DNA from: Gammaproteobacteria bacterium
GTDB taxonomy: Bacteria; Pseudomonadota; Gammaproteobacteria; Ga0077536
Assembly: GCA_016874535.1 (NCBI GenBank)
Contig: VGUA01000002.1
Location: forward strand, 18,476 to 82,475
Length of the DNA stretch: 64,000 nt
Direction: 5' to 3'
Shown: positions 27,510-37,354 of the stretch, piece after piece
How the letters are laid out: each line of letters opens with the position of its first letter
Position numbering within the stretch: position 1 is the first letter of the stretch
Program-made: the position numbers and the translations under genes
The notes under the pieces: generated by a model
Told to the model about the DNA's origin: nothing
Seen by the model: the letters and a program-made list of their open reading frames with translations, nothing else
The model's database searches: none

Positions 27510-29777
27510 TCATGCCTCTGCTAGCAAGCGGTCGGCCAGCGCTCTTGCGGCACCGAAATCGGTCTTGCCGCTGCCGAGCTTGGGAATGGCCTCCACCTCC
27601 AGGATTTCATGCGGGATGGTCAAGGGACTCACCCCGGACTCCAGCAGCTCCTTGCGCAAGGTATGGAGATCGAGGCCTGCACCTGCCGCCAGCAGGATGA
27701 TCTGCTCCCCCTTGCGCGGCTCCGGCACGCTCAGTGCACAGACATCGAGCTCGGGGTTGCCGCGCACGGCGCGGATCTGCGCCTCGACAACAGACAGGCT
27801 CACCATCTCGCCGCTCAGCTTGGCGAAGCGCGAGTAGCGGTCGACGATGGTGAGGAAGCCGTCCTCGTCCAGATGTCCCTTGTCGCCGCTGCGGTACCAG
27901 CGCAGCCCATCCCGTTCCACGATCACTTGGGCGGTTCGCTCGGGATCCTTCAGATAACCAAGCATCACCTGCGTACCACCGATGAGGATCAGCCCATCCT
28001 CGCCGGTAGGCAGCTCCTCCAGCGTCTCGGGATCCACGATGCGGAAGCTTGATCCCGGCAGCGGCATGCCTACCGTGCCCGGCTTGTTGCCGAGCTGCAC
28101 GGTCCACCAGGTGGGATCCAACTGATCGGGAATGTTCACACTCGCCACCGGCGTGGTCTCGGTGGCCCCGTAGCCTTCGTAGATGTCCTTGTTGAATTTG
28201 AGTTTGAAGGATTCCCGCACATCGGGCGCGAGCTTCTCCGCGCCGGACACCACAATGCGCAATGAGGCAAACATCAGCGGATGCACGCGCGGACTGCGTG
28301 CATAGAGCCGCAGGAAAGTGGACGTGCCCATCAGCACCGTGACCTGGTATTCGGCCACCACCTTGCCGATCGCCACCGCATCCGTGGGATCCGGATGGCA
28401 CACCGCGGGTATGCCTTCCACCATCGGCATCAGGGTCGAGCCGGTGAGGCCAAAGGCGTGGAACTGTGGCAGGGATGCGAGCACCACGTCGTGCTGCTCC
28501 ACGTTGAGCATGTCCACGATCTGCTTGATGTTGCCCATGATGTTGCGATGGGACAGCACAATTCCCTTGGGCTCACCCTCGCTGCCACTGGAGAACATGA
28601 TGGCTGCTGGGCTTTCGAGAGAAACCCGCGCGCAATACAACACCCGCAGCATCCAGCGCGGCAGGAGCACCGCCTGCAAGAGGGTCAGCAGACGACGCAG
28701 TGGCGTCACGCCCTTGGCGAGCTTCTCGAGTTCCAGCACTTCCACACCGGCCGTGAGTGCCTGCGGATCGACACCACGCTGCACCAGCCGCTCGAGGAAA
28801 CGACTGGAAGTGAATACCGTTTCTATATCCGCCTTGCGCAGGGCCGCCTGCACGGCCTCCACGCTTGCGGTGTAATTGAGATTGACGACCGTACGGCCAC
28901 ACAGCAGCGCGCCGAGATTGGCGAGCGTGCCGCCGTTGCTGGTGGGCAGTAGCAGACCGATGTTCTGACCCTTGCCATGGCGACGAATGAAACCCCGCAG
29001 GATTAGCGCACCGGTGAGCGCCCGCCAAGCGGACAGCGGGCCGGACACGGTATCGGCCAGCATCATGTCGCCCTTCATGCGCTTGGCCGTGGCGAGAAAG
29101 GCTTCCGGGATGGTCTCTAGGGTGCGCGTGTAATCGTCCCAAGACTGGATTGAGAGTTCGAACACGCGACGCTTGAGCGCCTCGGCCGGCGTGGACAACG
29201 GCAGGGTGCCACCAAAGGCCACCACGAGATCACGTCTCAGCACACTGCGTCGCAGGGACTGCAGATGGGCGCTGGCACGGGAGAATGAACTGCCCCACAA
29301 CCCGCGCAGATAGAAGGGAATGATGATCCCCTGGGCATCCGTCACCGCCTGCTCGTAACCGCGGCGGAATTCGCCCAGATGCCCGGTGCGACTGATCGCA
29401 CCCTCCGGGAACATGGCAACGACCTGACCGGCATTCAGGCATTTGCGGACTTCATCGAGTGCGGATCGGCTGCCGGCCCCGCTGATCGGGATGACACCGA
29501 AGCTGTTCAGGAACCAGCGCAGGTACCAGCGCTCGAACAGTGCCCGCTCCATCACGAATCGAATCGGGCGCGGACAGGCCATTTGAAGCACCGCCCAGTC
29601 GATCCAGGAAATGTGGTTGCCAAGCAGCAGCACGCCACCGGTCTTCGGGAGGTGGTGGGTGCCAAGTACGCGCACGCGATACCGGCGCGACAAGGCGAAA
29701 CGCCCGAACAGGTGCACCAGTGCGTGCAAGAGGCCCTCCAGCGAGAAACGCGCGCCGCCGCGTTGGTGGAGGAACAT
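27510..29777 (-). CDS. Bifunctional Aas-like protein: lysophospholipid acyltransferase domain fused to an acyl-activating (AMP-binding) domain
   Basis: The N-terminal PlsC-type motif is NHISWIDW ... FPEGAISRTG. The C-terminal adenylate-forming motifs are FSSGSEGEPKG, YGATE and SGDKG. The ATG at 29777 overlaps the VOC stop (TGATG). Confidence 0.8.
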   Translation of the reverse strand: MFLHQRGGARFSLEGLLHALVHLFGRFALSRRYRVRVLGTHHLPKTGGVLLLGNHISWIDWAVLQMACPRPIRFVMERALFERWYLRWFLNSFGVIPISGAGSRSALDEVRKCLNAGQVVAMFPEGAISRTGHLGEFRRGYEQAVTDAQGIIIPFYLRGLWGSSFSRASAHLQSLRRSVLRRDLVVAFGGTLPLSTPAEALKRRVFELSIQSWDDYTRTLETIPEAFLATAKRMKGDMMLADTVSGPLSAWRALTGALILRGFIRRHGKGQNIGLLLPTSNGGTLANLGALLCGRTVVNLNYTASVEAVQAALRKADIETVFTSSRFLERLVQRGVDPQALTAGVEVLELEKLAKGVTPLRRLLTLLQAVLLPRWMLRVLYCARVSLESPAAIMFSSGSEGEPKGIVLSHRNIMGNIKQIVDMLNVEQHDVVLASLPQFHAFGLTGSTLMPMVEGIPAVCHPDPTDAVAIGKVVAEYQVTVLMGTSTFLRLYARSPRVHPLMFASLRIVVSGAEKLAPDVRESFKLKFNKDIYEGYGATETTPVASVNIPDQLDPTWWTVQLGNKPGTVGMPLPGSSFRIVDPETLEELPTGEDGLILIGGTQVMLGYLKDPERTAQVIVERDGLRWYRSGDKGHLDEDGFLTIVDRYSRFAKLSGEMVSLSVVEAQIRAVRGNPELDVCALSVPEPRKGEQIILLAAGAGLDLHTLRKELLESGVSPLTIPHEILEVEAIPKLGSGKTDFGAARALADRLLAEA

Positions 29778-30457
29778 CAGCGAGGGGGCGCCATGCCAGT
29801 GAGCGACGCGCGCGCCGACATCTCGATCCAGTTGCCGTCCGGATCGAGCACGAAGCCATAGCGGGCGATGCTGCCAAAATTCACCGCCGCACGTCCAAGC
29901 CGTCCTCCACGGCCGATGATCGCCGCGATTTCGGCATCGGCATCGAAGATCTGCACGGTGAGGTAACGAAAGCCGGGGCCGATGAAATCGGGCGTGGTAC
30001 TGCCACCTGGTCCTTTCTCCACCCACAGCAGAGTGTCGCCGCAGCGGGCAACATCGGGCGCCGCTTCCTCAAACTCCAGCGCCCCCAGATAGAAATCCAT
30101 CATTCGCGCAGGCTCCGGCGTGCGCACGGTTATTCCGATGCGCTCCACACCATCGGTACCCGGCGGCACCACCCGCACGGTTTCACCACTCGGCGCCTGA
30201 CCGACCCATGCCGGCGCATCGGCGCGCGCAATCGTCAGGCCCACATAGCCCGAGGGCGGCAGCGCAGGCATGGGGTGGCGATAGTGATTCACCTTGATGA
30301 CGGAGGCATGGGCATCGTAGCGGTGCTGCACCCACAACTCGTCGAAGGGCAGTTCATGGTCCAGTCTGAGGCCTACAGTCTCGCCCCAGAAATGCCGGTG
30401 GCTGTCGAGATCCGCCGTGAACATTCCGAGATCGAGGTGGGGTTTGGCCAGCCGCAT
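29777..30457 (-). CDS. VOC/glyoxalase-family protein (two-module)
   Basis: 226 aa with a duplicated beta-alpha-beta-beta-beta-like pattern. The family call was made by eye. Confidence 0.65.
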   Translation of the reverse strand: MRLAKPHLDLGMFTADLDSHRHFWGETVGLRLDHELPFDELWVQHRYDAHASVIKVNHYRHPMPALPPSGYVGLTIARADAPAWVGQAPSGETVRVVPPGTDGVERIGITVRTPEPARMMDFYLGALEFEEAAPDVARCGDTLLWVEKGPGGSTTPDFIGPGFRYLTVQIFDADAEIAAIIGRGGRLGRAAVNFGSIARYGFVLDPDGNWIEMSARASLTGMAPPR

Positions 30458-30499
30458 GCGCGCGTCTCCTGGATCGGGGCGGGAAAGAAACAGGGTGAA

Positions 30500-31576
30500 T
30501 CAGGGTGGGAGCAGATCGAGTGCCGCGTTGTCTATCGCCTGCTCGGCACCACCGATGGTCATGTGCATCAGCATGCGGTCGCCACGGTCGGTGCGCTTGA
30601 CGATCAGCGTGGCGGCTATCGCCACCGCGATCACCGCGTAGCTGTAATGACGGTAGTCATCGAGCAGGTGATCGAAAGAATAATCCTTAACCCCCAGAGC
30701 CAGCAGATCATCATGGTAGCCCTTGAGCAGATTCCGTTCATGCTTGCGGCGGGTCTCGCGATCGAAACACCCACCGAGAAAGTACGCCACGTCCATGCCC
30801 GTGCCGAGGAAGTTGCTGGTCTGCCAGTCCACCAGCGCAACGCGCCCATCCGGCCCGCCGAAGAGCATGTTGTCGGGACGAAAATCACAATGGGTGAAGG
30901 TCTTCGGGAAGGGTCTTGGGCGATTCCAGAACGCATGGTTGCGGACGAAGCGATCGCAGCAGGCAGTGACTTCCGGTGAGAGCCAGCCCTGATAGTTTTT
31001 CTGGACATGATCCCAGGAACGTTCGATGAGCTCCGTGGTGTAGAAGCCCTGCGCACCTTCCGGCACGTAGAGCCAGGGTTGCTGCATGAGGGCCTCATCG
31101 TTCCAGAACGTGGCATGCAGCAGGGCGGCTTCCTTCAGCGCGGCCCGGGCCTCGTCGAGGGGACAGCCACGGAACTGGTCTCCGGTCTGGGCCGGGGCGA
31201 GATCCTCGAACAACAGGGCGAAGTCGCCTTGCTCGTCGATCTCCGCAACATAGGGCAGGGGCGTGCGGGCGCGCGCTTTGTGCGCAAGTTCACGGTAGAA
31301 CATCACCTCCGCGCGATAGAAGCCCATGGTGCGTCCGCTCTCGGCAGCCACCGGGTTGGCCGAGGAGAATTTGCCCACCACCGTGGCCGGTGCTTCCGGT
31401 GGGGGCGTGCCCGCATAACGCAGGTGGAAACGCCGCGTCTCACCGAGCTGACCCGTGCCCACGGTTTCCATGTCGAACCCGGCCACGCGGGCCTCGATAC
31501 CGCGGCCGGCCAGCGCCGCGGTCAGCCACTCGGCGGTGATTGCCTCGGGCGGCAGTACGGGAAGACCGGATGACAT
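30500..31576 (-). CDS. APH-fold phosphotransferase (ecdysteroid-kinase/CHK-like)
   Basis: Catalytic-loop THCDFRPDNMLF and LVDWQT motifs. Start is placed at ATG 31576 (MSSGLPVLPP). Confidence 0.75.
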   Translation of the reverse strand: MSSGLPVLPPEAITAEWLTAALAGRGIEARVAGFDMETVGTGQLGETRRFHLRYAGTPPPEAPATVVGKFSSANPVAAESGRTMGFYRAEVMFYRELAHKARARTPLPYVAEIDEQGDFALLFEDLAPAQTGDQFRGCPLDEARAALKEAALLHATFWNDEALMQQPWLYVPEGAQGFYTTELIERSWDHVQKNYQGWLSPEVTACCDRFVRNHAFWNRPRPFPKTFTHCDFRPDNMLFGGPDGRVALVDWQTSNFLGTGMDVAYFLGGCFDRETRRKHERNLLKGYHDDLLALGVKDYSFDHLLDDYRHYSYAVIAVAIAATLIVKRTDRGDRMLMHMTIGGAEQAIDNAALDLLPP

Positions 31577-31780
31577 GCAGAGCTCCTCGAACGACTTGAA
31601 CCGGCCGAATCTTATGCAAGGCGCCGGCAAAGCGACAGCCTTGGATCACGCTCGAATCCCGCTGCTGCCGGTGCACCTCGAGCGTAAGCAACGAATCTCC
31701 GCGGACTTGGGTTGTTGACGGGATCCCGCAAGGCTAGAGTCGGGCCCCAAGAATCCTCGCCTCACCGAAAAACGTTGACC

Positions 31781-33124
31781 ATGGTCCAGACCACACTGGC
31801 GCAGGTGCTCGGTCGACGCGATGCGCTGGCACTCGCCTTCGGCGCGATGATCGGCTGGAGCTGGGTGCTGCTGACCGGGCCGTGGACCACGCAGGCCGGT
31901 TCGCTGGGTGCGCTGCTCGGCTTTGCGCTCGGCGGCTGCGCCATGATCTTCGTCGCGCTGTGCTATGCGGAGCTGGCCGCGGCCATGCCGCAAGCCGGGG
32001 GTGAACACGTCTACAGCCTGCGTGCACTGGGACGCACGCCTTCGTTCATCTGCTCCTGGGCCATCGTGCTCGGCTATGTCTCGGTGGCGGCCTTCGAAAC
32101 CGTGGCCTTCCCCTATGCCCTGTCGCACCTGCTGCCGGGGCTTGATATCGGTTATCTCTGGACCGTGGGTGGCTTTGATATCCATCTGAGCTTTGTCGCC
32201 ACGGGGATACTCGGCGCGGTGCTCATCAGTCTCATCAATGTGCGGGGCTTGCTGCTGGCATCCCGCGTACAGAAAGCGGTGACCACGTTCATCGTGCTGT
32301 GCGGACTGCTGGTGCTGGCAGGGGCCCTGCTGAATGGGGAGGCGGCGAACCTGCGCCCGCATTTTGATGGCGGCCTTGCCGGCATGGCGGCGGTTCTCAT
32401 CGTGGTGCCCATGATGTTCATGGGTTTTGACGTGATTCCCCAGGCGGCAGCCGAGATTCGCCTGCCCCATGCGGCGCTCGGCCGCGTGATCGTGGTGTCC
32501 GTCCTGTGCGGGATGGCGTTTTATTGCGCGATGATTCTGGCGGTGGGGCTTGCCCTGCCGGCAGAGACACGCGCCGCTGCCGGCATGACGACGGCGCACG
32601 CCAGTGAAAGCGCCTGGGGTGGGCGCTGGGCCGGCATCCTGCTCATTCTCGGTGGCGTGGCGGGCATCATCACCACCTGGAATGCCTTTGTGGTGGGCGC
32701 CAGCCGCCTGCTCTATTCGATGGCAGAGGATGGCATGCTGCCAGCGGCCTTTGCCCGGCTGCATCCCCGATACCGCACACCGCATGTCGCGATTCTGACC
32801 GTGGGTCTGCTGACCTGCCTTGCCCCTTGGTTCGGGCGCCCGGTGCTGCTGTGGCTCATCAATGCAGGCAGTTTCGGCGTGGTGATCGGATACGCACTGG
32901 TAGCCTTGTCGTTCATTTATCTCAGACACCGCGAGCCCGCGATGCCGCGCCCTTATCGGGTGCCGGGTGGCAGGCTCGTCGGCTATGTCGCGCTCGCGGT
33001 TTGCCTGGGACTCATCGCGCTCTTCCTGCCCGGCAGCCTCGCCGCGCTCTCGCAGGAAGAGTGGTTGATCTGTCTCGCTTGGGCCGTTTTCGGCTGGCTG
33101 TGTCGCGTGCGCAGCGGGCGGTGA
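31781..33124 (+). CDS. APC-superfamily amino acid/polyamine permease
   Basis: About 447 aa and about 12 hydrophobic helices. The N-terminal LALAFGAMIGWSWVLL is typical of APC permeases. Confidence 0.85.
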   Translation: MVQTTLAQVLGRRDALALAFGAMIGWSWVLLTGPWTTQAGSLGALLGFALGGCAMIFVALCYAELAAAMPQAGGEHVYSLRALGRTPSFICSWAIVLGYVSVAAFETVAFPYALSHLLPGLDIGYLWTVGGFDIHLSFVATGILGAVLISLINVRGLLLASRVQKAVTTFIVLCGLLVLAGALLNGEAANLRPHFDGGLAGMAAVLIVVPMMFMGFDVIPQAAAEIRLPHAALGRVIVVSVLCGMAFYCAMILAVGLALPAETRAAAGMTTAHASESAWGGRWAGILLILGGVAGIITTWNAFVVGASRLLYSMAEDGMLPAAFARLHPRYRTPHVAILTVGLLTCLAPWFGRPVLLWLINAGSFGVVIGYALVALSFIYLRHREPAMPRPYRVPGGRLVGYVALAVCLGLIALFLPGSLAALSQEEWLICLAWAVFGWLCRVRSGR

Positions 33125-33125
33125 C

Positions 33126-34184
33126 TCAGCCGAAGTTGATGCGCGCCTCGAGGTTGGTCCGCGAGTCGGCGTTCTCCAGCGCTTCTTCCATGCTCACCCG
33201 TCCTTCCTTGTAGAGATTGAGCAGGGATTCATCGAAAGTCTGCATGCCTTTGACGCCGCTGTTCGCCATGGCCTCCTTGATGGCATGGAGATCCCCCTTG
33301 AGGATCAGCTCTGCGATGTGGGGCGTGTTGACCAGAATCTCGATGGCAGCCACGCGGTGCCCTTCCACACCGCGCACCAGGCGCTGTGAAATGACCGTCC
33401 GCAAATTCATCGACAGGTCGAGCAGCAACTGTTTGTGCAGTTCCTGGGGGAACAGGTTGATCACCCGCTCCATCGCCTGATTGGCGTTGTTGGCATGCAG
33501 GGTGGACAGGCACAGGTGGCCGGTATTGCAGAGCTCCAGCGCCGCCTCCATGGTTTCGCGGTCGCGCACCTCGCCAATGAGGATGACGTTCGGTGCCTCG
33601 CGCAGGGAGGCGCGCAGGGCAGCCTTGAACGACAGCGTGTCCACACCCACCTCGCGCTGGTTCACGATGCAGCGCAGGTTGGGATGTGAGAATTCGATGG
33701 GATCCTCGATGGTAAGGATATGCCCGGGTGCGCGCTGGTTGCGCTCGTTGATCATGGCGGCGAGCGTGGTCGACTTGCCGGAGCCTGTGGACCCCGCCAT
33801 GAGGATGAGCCCCCGCTTGTTCATCACCATGGTCTTCAGGATTTCCGGTAGGCCGTATTCGTCGATGCTCGGAATGCGGGAGGGGATGAGGCGCAGGACC
33901 AGGCTCACCTCACCGCGCTGACGGAACACATTGGCGCGGAAACGCGCCGAGCCATCCTCCAGCGAGATCGCAAAGTCACATTCGAGGGTTTCCTCAAAAC
34001 GCCGGATCTGAACATCGCCCATCACCCCATAGACGGCAGCCTGGGTCTGCTCGCCGGTGAGCACGGTCTTGCCGACGGTGCTGATCACGCCGTCGATCTG
34101 GATCTTTACCGGCGCGCCTGCGCTGAAGAAGAGATCCGAGCCGTTCTTGTCGCGCAGCAGCTTGAGATAAGGCGTGATATCCAT
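33126..34184 (-). CDS. Third PilT/PilU-family type IV pilus retraction-type ATPase paralogue
   Basis: 352 aa. Walker A GSTGSGKSTT, Asp box IEDPIEF, Walker B ILIGEVRD and the His box TGHLCLSTLH are present. Confidence 0.8.
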   Translation of the reverse strand: MDITPYLKLLRDKNGSDLFFSAGAPVKIQIDGVISTVGKTVLTGEQTQAAVYGVMGDVQIRRFEETLECDFAISLEDGSARFRANVFRQRGEVSLVLRLIPSRIPSIDEYGLPEILKTMVMNKRGLILMAGSTGSGKSTTLAAMINERNQRAPGHILTIEDPIEFSHPNLRCIVNQREVGVDTLSFKAALRASLREAPNVILIGEVRDRETMEAALELCNTGHLCLSTLHANNANQAMERVINLFPQELHKQLLLDLSMNLRTVISQRLVRGVEGHRVAAIEILVNTPHIAELILKGDLHAIKEAMANSGVKGMQTFDESLLNLYKEGRVSMEEALENADSRTNLEARINFG

Positions 34185-34200
34185 GCGTGATTCCTTGCGC

Positions 34201-35358
34201 TCAACGCCGCATGAAGCGCGGATCGTCGGTTTCTTCCAGGCTCAGGGATGCGCCGCCGATCTCGCCTTTCTCGCGCTTGCTCTCCAGCTTGATGCGCAAG
34301 CGCAATTCATTCATGGAGTCGGCTCTGCGGAGCGCATCATCGTAGGAAATGGCTCCCTCCTCGAAGAGGTCGAACAGCGCTTGATCGAAGGTCTTCATGC
34401 CCTGCTCATTGGATCGACCCATGATCTCCTTCAACTGGTGGATCTCGCCCTTCAGCATGAGATCGGCGATGAGCGGCGTGTTCAACATGATTTCGATGCC
34501 GGCCACCCGGCCCTTGCCGTTGGCGCGCTTGAGGAGCCGCTGGGCAATGATCGCCCGCACATTGAGCGACATGTCCATGAACAGCTGCTGGTGCCGTTCC
34601 TGCGGAAAGAAATTGATGATGCGATCGAGCGCCTGGTTGGCACTGTTGGCATGGAGTGTCGCCATGGCGAGGTGCCCGGTTTCCGCAAAGGCGAGCCCGA
34701 ATTCCATGGTTTCCCGATCGCGGATTTCGCCCAGCAGAATCACGTCCGGCGCCTGGCGCAGGGTGTTCTTGAGCGCTATTTCCCAGCCCTCCGTATCCAC
34801 ACCCACCTCACGCTGCATCACGATGCAGTTCTTGTGGGGATGCACGTATTCGATTGGATCTTCGATAGTGATGATGTGGCCGTAGCTGTTCTCGTTGCGG
34901 TGGTTGATCATCGCCGCCAGCGAGGTGGATTTTCCCGAACCGGTACCGCCCACCATGATGACCAGCCCTCGCTTGGTGAGCGAAACTTCCTTCATGATCT
35001 GGGGCAGTCCAAGCGCATCGATGGTCGGCACGTTGGTCTCGATGGTGCGCAGGACCATGCCGCTGTAGCCCTGCTGGACGAAAGCGTTCACGCGGAAGCG
35101 GCCGATGCCGGTAGGGGCAATCGCGAAATTGCACTCCTTGGTGGCTTCAAACTCCTTCAGCTGACGGTCGTTCATGATGGCGTGCACCATGCCGCGCGTG
35201 TTCTCCGCGGTGAGCCGGGTCTTGGAGACCGGCATCACCCGCCCATCAATCTTGATGGCAGGCGGATAATCCACGGTGATGAAAAGGTCGGAGCCTTTCT
35301 TGTCCACCATGAGCTTCAGCAGGTCGCGCATGAACTTGATTGCCTGCTCTCTTTCCAT
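34201..35358 (-). CDS. pilU: Type IV pilus ATPase PilU
   Basis: 385 aa. GGTGSGKSTS, IEDPIEYVH, ILLGEIRD and TGHLAMATLH are present. The N-terminus resembles Pseudomonas PilU (LMVDKKGSDLFIT...). Confidence 0.85.
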   Translation of the reverse strand: MEREQAIKFMRDLLKLMVDKKGSDLFITVDYPPAIKIDGRVMPVSKTRLTAENTRGMVHAIMNDRQLKEFEATKECNFAIAPTGIGRFRVNAFVQQGYSGMVLRTIETNVPTIDALGLPQIMKEVSLTKRGLVIMVGGTGSGKSTSLAAMINHRNENSYGHIITIEDPIEYVHPHKNCIVMQREVGVDTEGWEIALKNTLRQAPDVILLGEIRDRETMEFGLAFAETGHLAMATLHANSANQALDRIINFFPQERHQQLFMDMSLNVRAIIAQRLLKRANGKGRVAGIEIMLNTPLIADLMLKGEIHQLKEIMGRSNEQGMKTFDQALFDLFEEGAISYDDALRRADSMNELRLRIKLESKREKGEIGGASLSLEETDDPRFMRR

Positions 35359-35439
35359 CTCGCTTGCTCCTGAGCTTGTCTTGCCGGGGTTCCGTTGCGA
35401 TGGGAACTGGTTGTTCGGGCGTGCGGGATGCCGCTGACG

Positions 35440-36474
35440 TCAGAACAGATCCTTGTTCTGTGCCTTGTTGCGCGCCTCGACCCGCGACACCTGCCCCTTC
35501 TGAACCAGCCCCTGCAGGCACTGATCGAGGGTCTGCATGCCGTGCTGCTGGCCCGTCTGGATGGCGGAATACATCTGGGCAATCTTGTTCTCGCGGATGA
35601 GATTGCGGATGGCCGGGGTGCCGATCATGATCTCGTGCGCCGCCACGCGGCCCCCGCCGTTCTTCTTGAGCAAGGTCTGGGAGATCACGGCACGCAGCGA
35701 TTCCGACAACATGGCGCGCACCATGTCCTTCTCGTCTGCCGGGAACACGTCCACGATGCGGTCGATGGTCTTGGCGGCCGAGCTCGTGTGCAGCGTGCCG
35801 AACACGAGGTGTCCGGTCTCTGCTGCGGTCAGGGCAAGGCGGATGGTTTCCAGATCGCGCAGCTCACCCACCAGGATAGTGTCGGGATCCTCACGCAGGG
35901 CTGAGCGCAGCGCCTCGTTGAAGCCGAGTGTGTCCCGATGGACCTCGCGCTGGTTGATGAGGCATTTCTTGCTCTGGTGCACGAATTCGATGGGGTCCTC
36001 GATGGTGAGGATGTGCCCGTATTCGCTTTCGTTCTTGTGATTGACCATGGCGGCGAGGGTGGTCGACTTGCCCGAGCCCGTTGGCCCGGTCACCAGCACC
36101 ACGCCCCTGGGGTAGTCCGAAATCTGCTTGAAGATCGGCGGGCAGTTGAGCTCTTCCAGACTGAGGATGGTGGAGGGAATCGTACGGAACACCGCACCGG
36201 CGCCCCGGTTCTGGTTGAAGGCATTCACGCGAAAGCGCGCCAGGCCCGGAATCTCGAAGGAAAAATCGCACTCGAGGAATTCCTCGAAATCCTAGCGCTG
36301 CTTGTCATTCATGATGTCGTAGACCAACGCATGGACATCCTTGTGCTGCATGGGCGGCACATTGATCCGGCGCACGTCGCCATCCACGCGGATCATCGGC
36401 GGCAGACCGGCCGAGAGATGCAAGTCTGATGCGCGATTCTTGACGCTGAACGCAAGAAGTTCGGCTATGTCCAT
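35440..36474 (-). pseudogene. pilT: Twitching-motility ATPase PilT with a single in-frame TAG (36292-36294)
   Basis: MDIAELLAFSVKNRASDLHLSAGLPPMIRVDGDVRR...IMNDKQR-TAG-DFEEFLECDFSFEIPGLARFRVNAFNQNRGAGAVFR...GPTGSGKSTT... runs to the stop at 35440, all in one frame and 344 codons long. PilT orthologues have Lys (AAG) at the TAG position. Confidence 0.8.
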
Positions 36475-36600
36475 CTGGGGGTCCCCGATTTGCTGATGAC
36501 GGGCGCGGTGCCGATTGTCTGGAAGTGGGATGCGGGCAAGGGTTAACTTAGGTGAACCGCGGGCTTCGCGGCAAACTAGCAACTAATACGGCGCATTGTC

Positions 36601-37311
36601 ATGCCAAGCCCCACCCCGGAAATGCCGACGCAATCACACCCTGCGGAAGAGGCATTGGCTGCCGTGCGTGGGCGCTTGGCCGAGGCCGCCCACGCGGCAG
36701 GCCGCGAATCCTCCAGTGTCACTCTGCTCGCGGTCAGTAAAGGCCAGACGGCGGAGCGCATCGCGGCGCTCGCGGCGCTGGGTCAGCGTGATTTCGGGGA
36801 GAACTATGTGCAGGAAGCCCTGCCCAAGCTTGCCGCACTCACCGAGCTCGGCCTGAACTGGCATTTCATCGGGCGCCTGCAGGCCAACAAGACGCGGGAA
36901 GTGGCTGCGCATTTTTCCTGGGTGCACAGCGTGGATCGGCTGCGTATCGCGGAGCGGCTCAGTGCCCAGCGTCCGGCTCACCTGCCGCCGCTGCAATGCC
37001 TCATCGAACTCAATGCCGATGCTGAAAGCACCAAGGGTGGGGTGGACACCGCGGCCCTGACCGATCTGGTGGCAGCGGTCCGGGTGCTTCCCGGGCTCAC
37101 CTTGCGAGGCTTCATGACCATGCCCGCTCCACGCGAGGATCCAGCTGCACAGCGCGCGGCGTTCCGCCGTGTGCATGAAGCCGTGAGACCCTGGATGCCG
37201 CCACTGGACACGCTCTCCATGGGAACCTCGGGCGATTTCGAGGCCGCCATCGCGGAAGGCTCGACCCTCGTCAGGGTCGGCACGGCCGTGTTCGGGCCCC
37301 GCCAACGCTGA
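36601..37311 (+). CDS. yggS: PLP-homeostasis protein YggS
   Basis: LLAVSKGQ (PLP Lys), FGENYVQE and HFIGRLQANK motifs. It is divergent from pilT, as in Pseudomonas. Confidence 0.9.
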   Translation: MPSPTPEMPTQSHPAEEALAAVRGRLAEAAHAAGRESSSVTLLAVSKGQTAERIAALAALGQRDFGENYVQEALPKLAALTELGLNWHFIGRLQANKTREVAAHFSWVHSVDRLRIAERLSAQRPAHLPPLQCLIELNADAESTKGGVDTAALTDLVAAVRVLPGLTLRGFMTMPAPREDPAAQRAAFRRVHEAVRPWMPPLDTLSMGTSGDFEAAIAEGSTLVRVGTAVFGPRQR

Positions 37312-37354
37312 TGGTGCTACACTCGCCCGCCATTTCCCGAGCACTTGCAGCGAC

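Noticed and set aside
29778-30026. N-terminal 83 codons of ORF 27510-30026, as part of the Aas-like protein.
   Set aside because: This segment overlaps the VOC gene and is Arg/Cys/Trp-rich. The ATG at 29777 gives the start typical of PlsC-type domains and a TGATG coupling junction.
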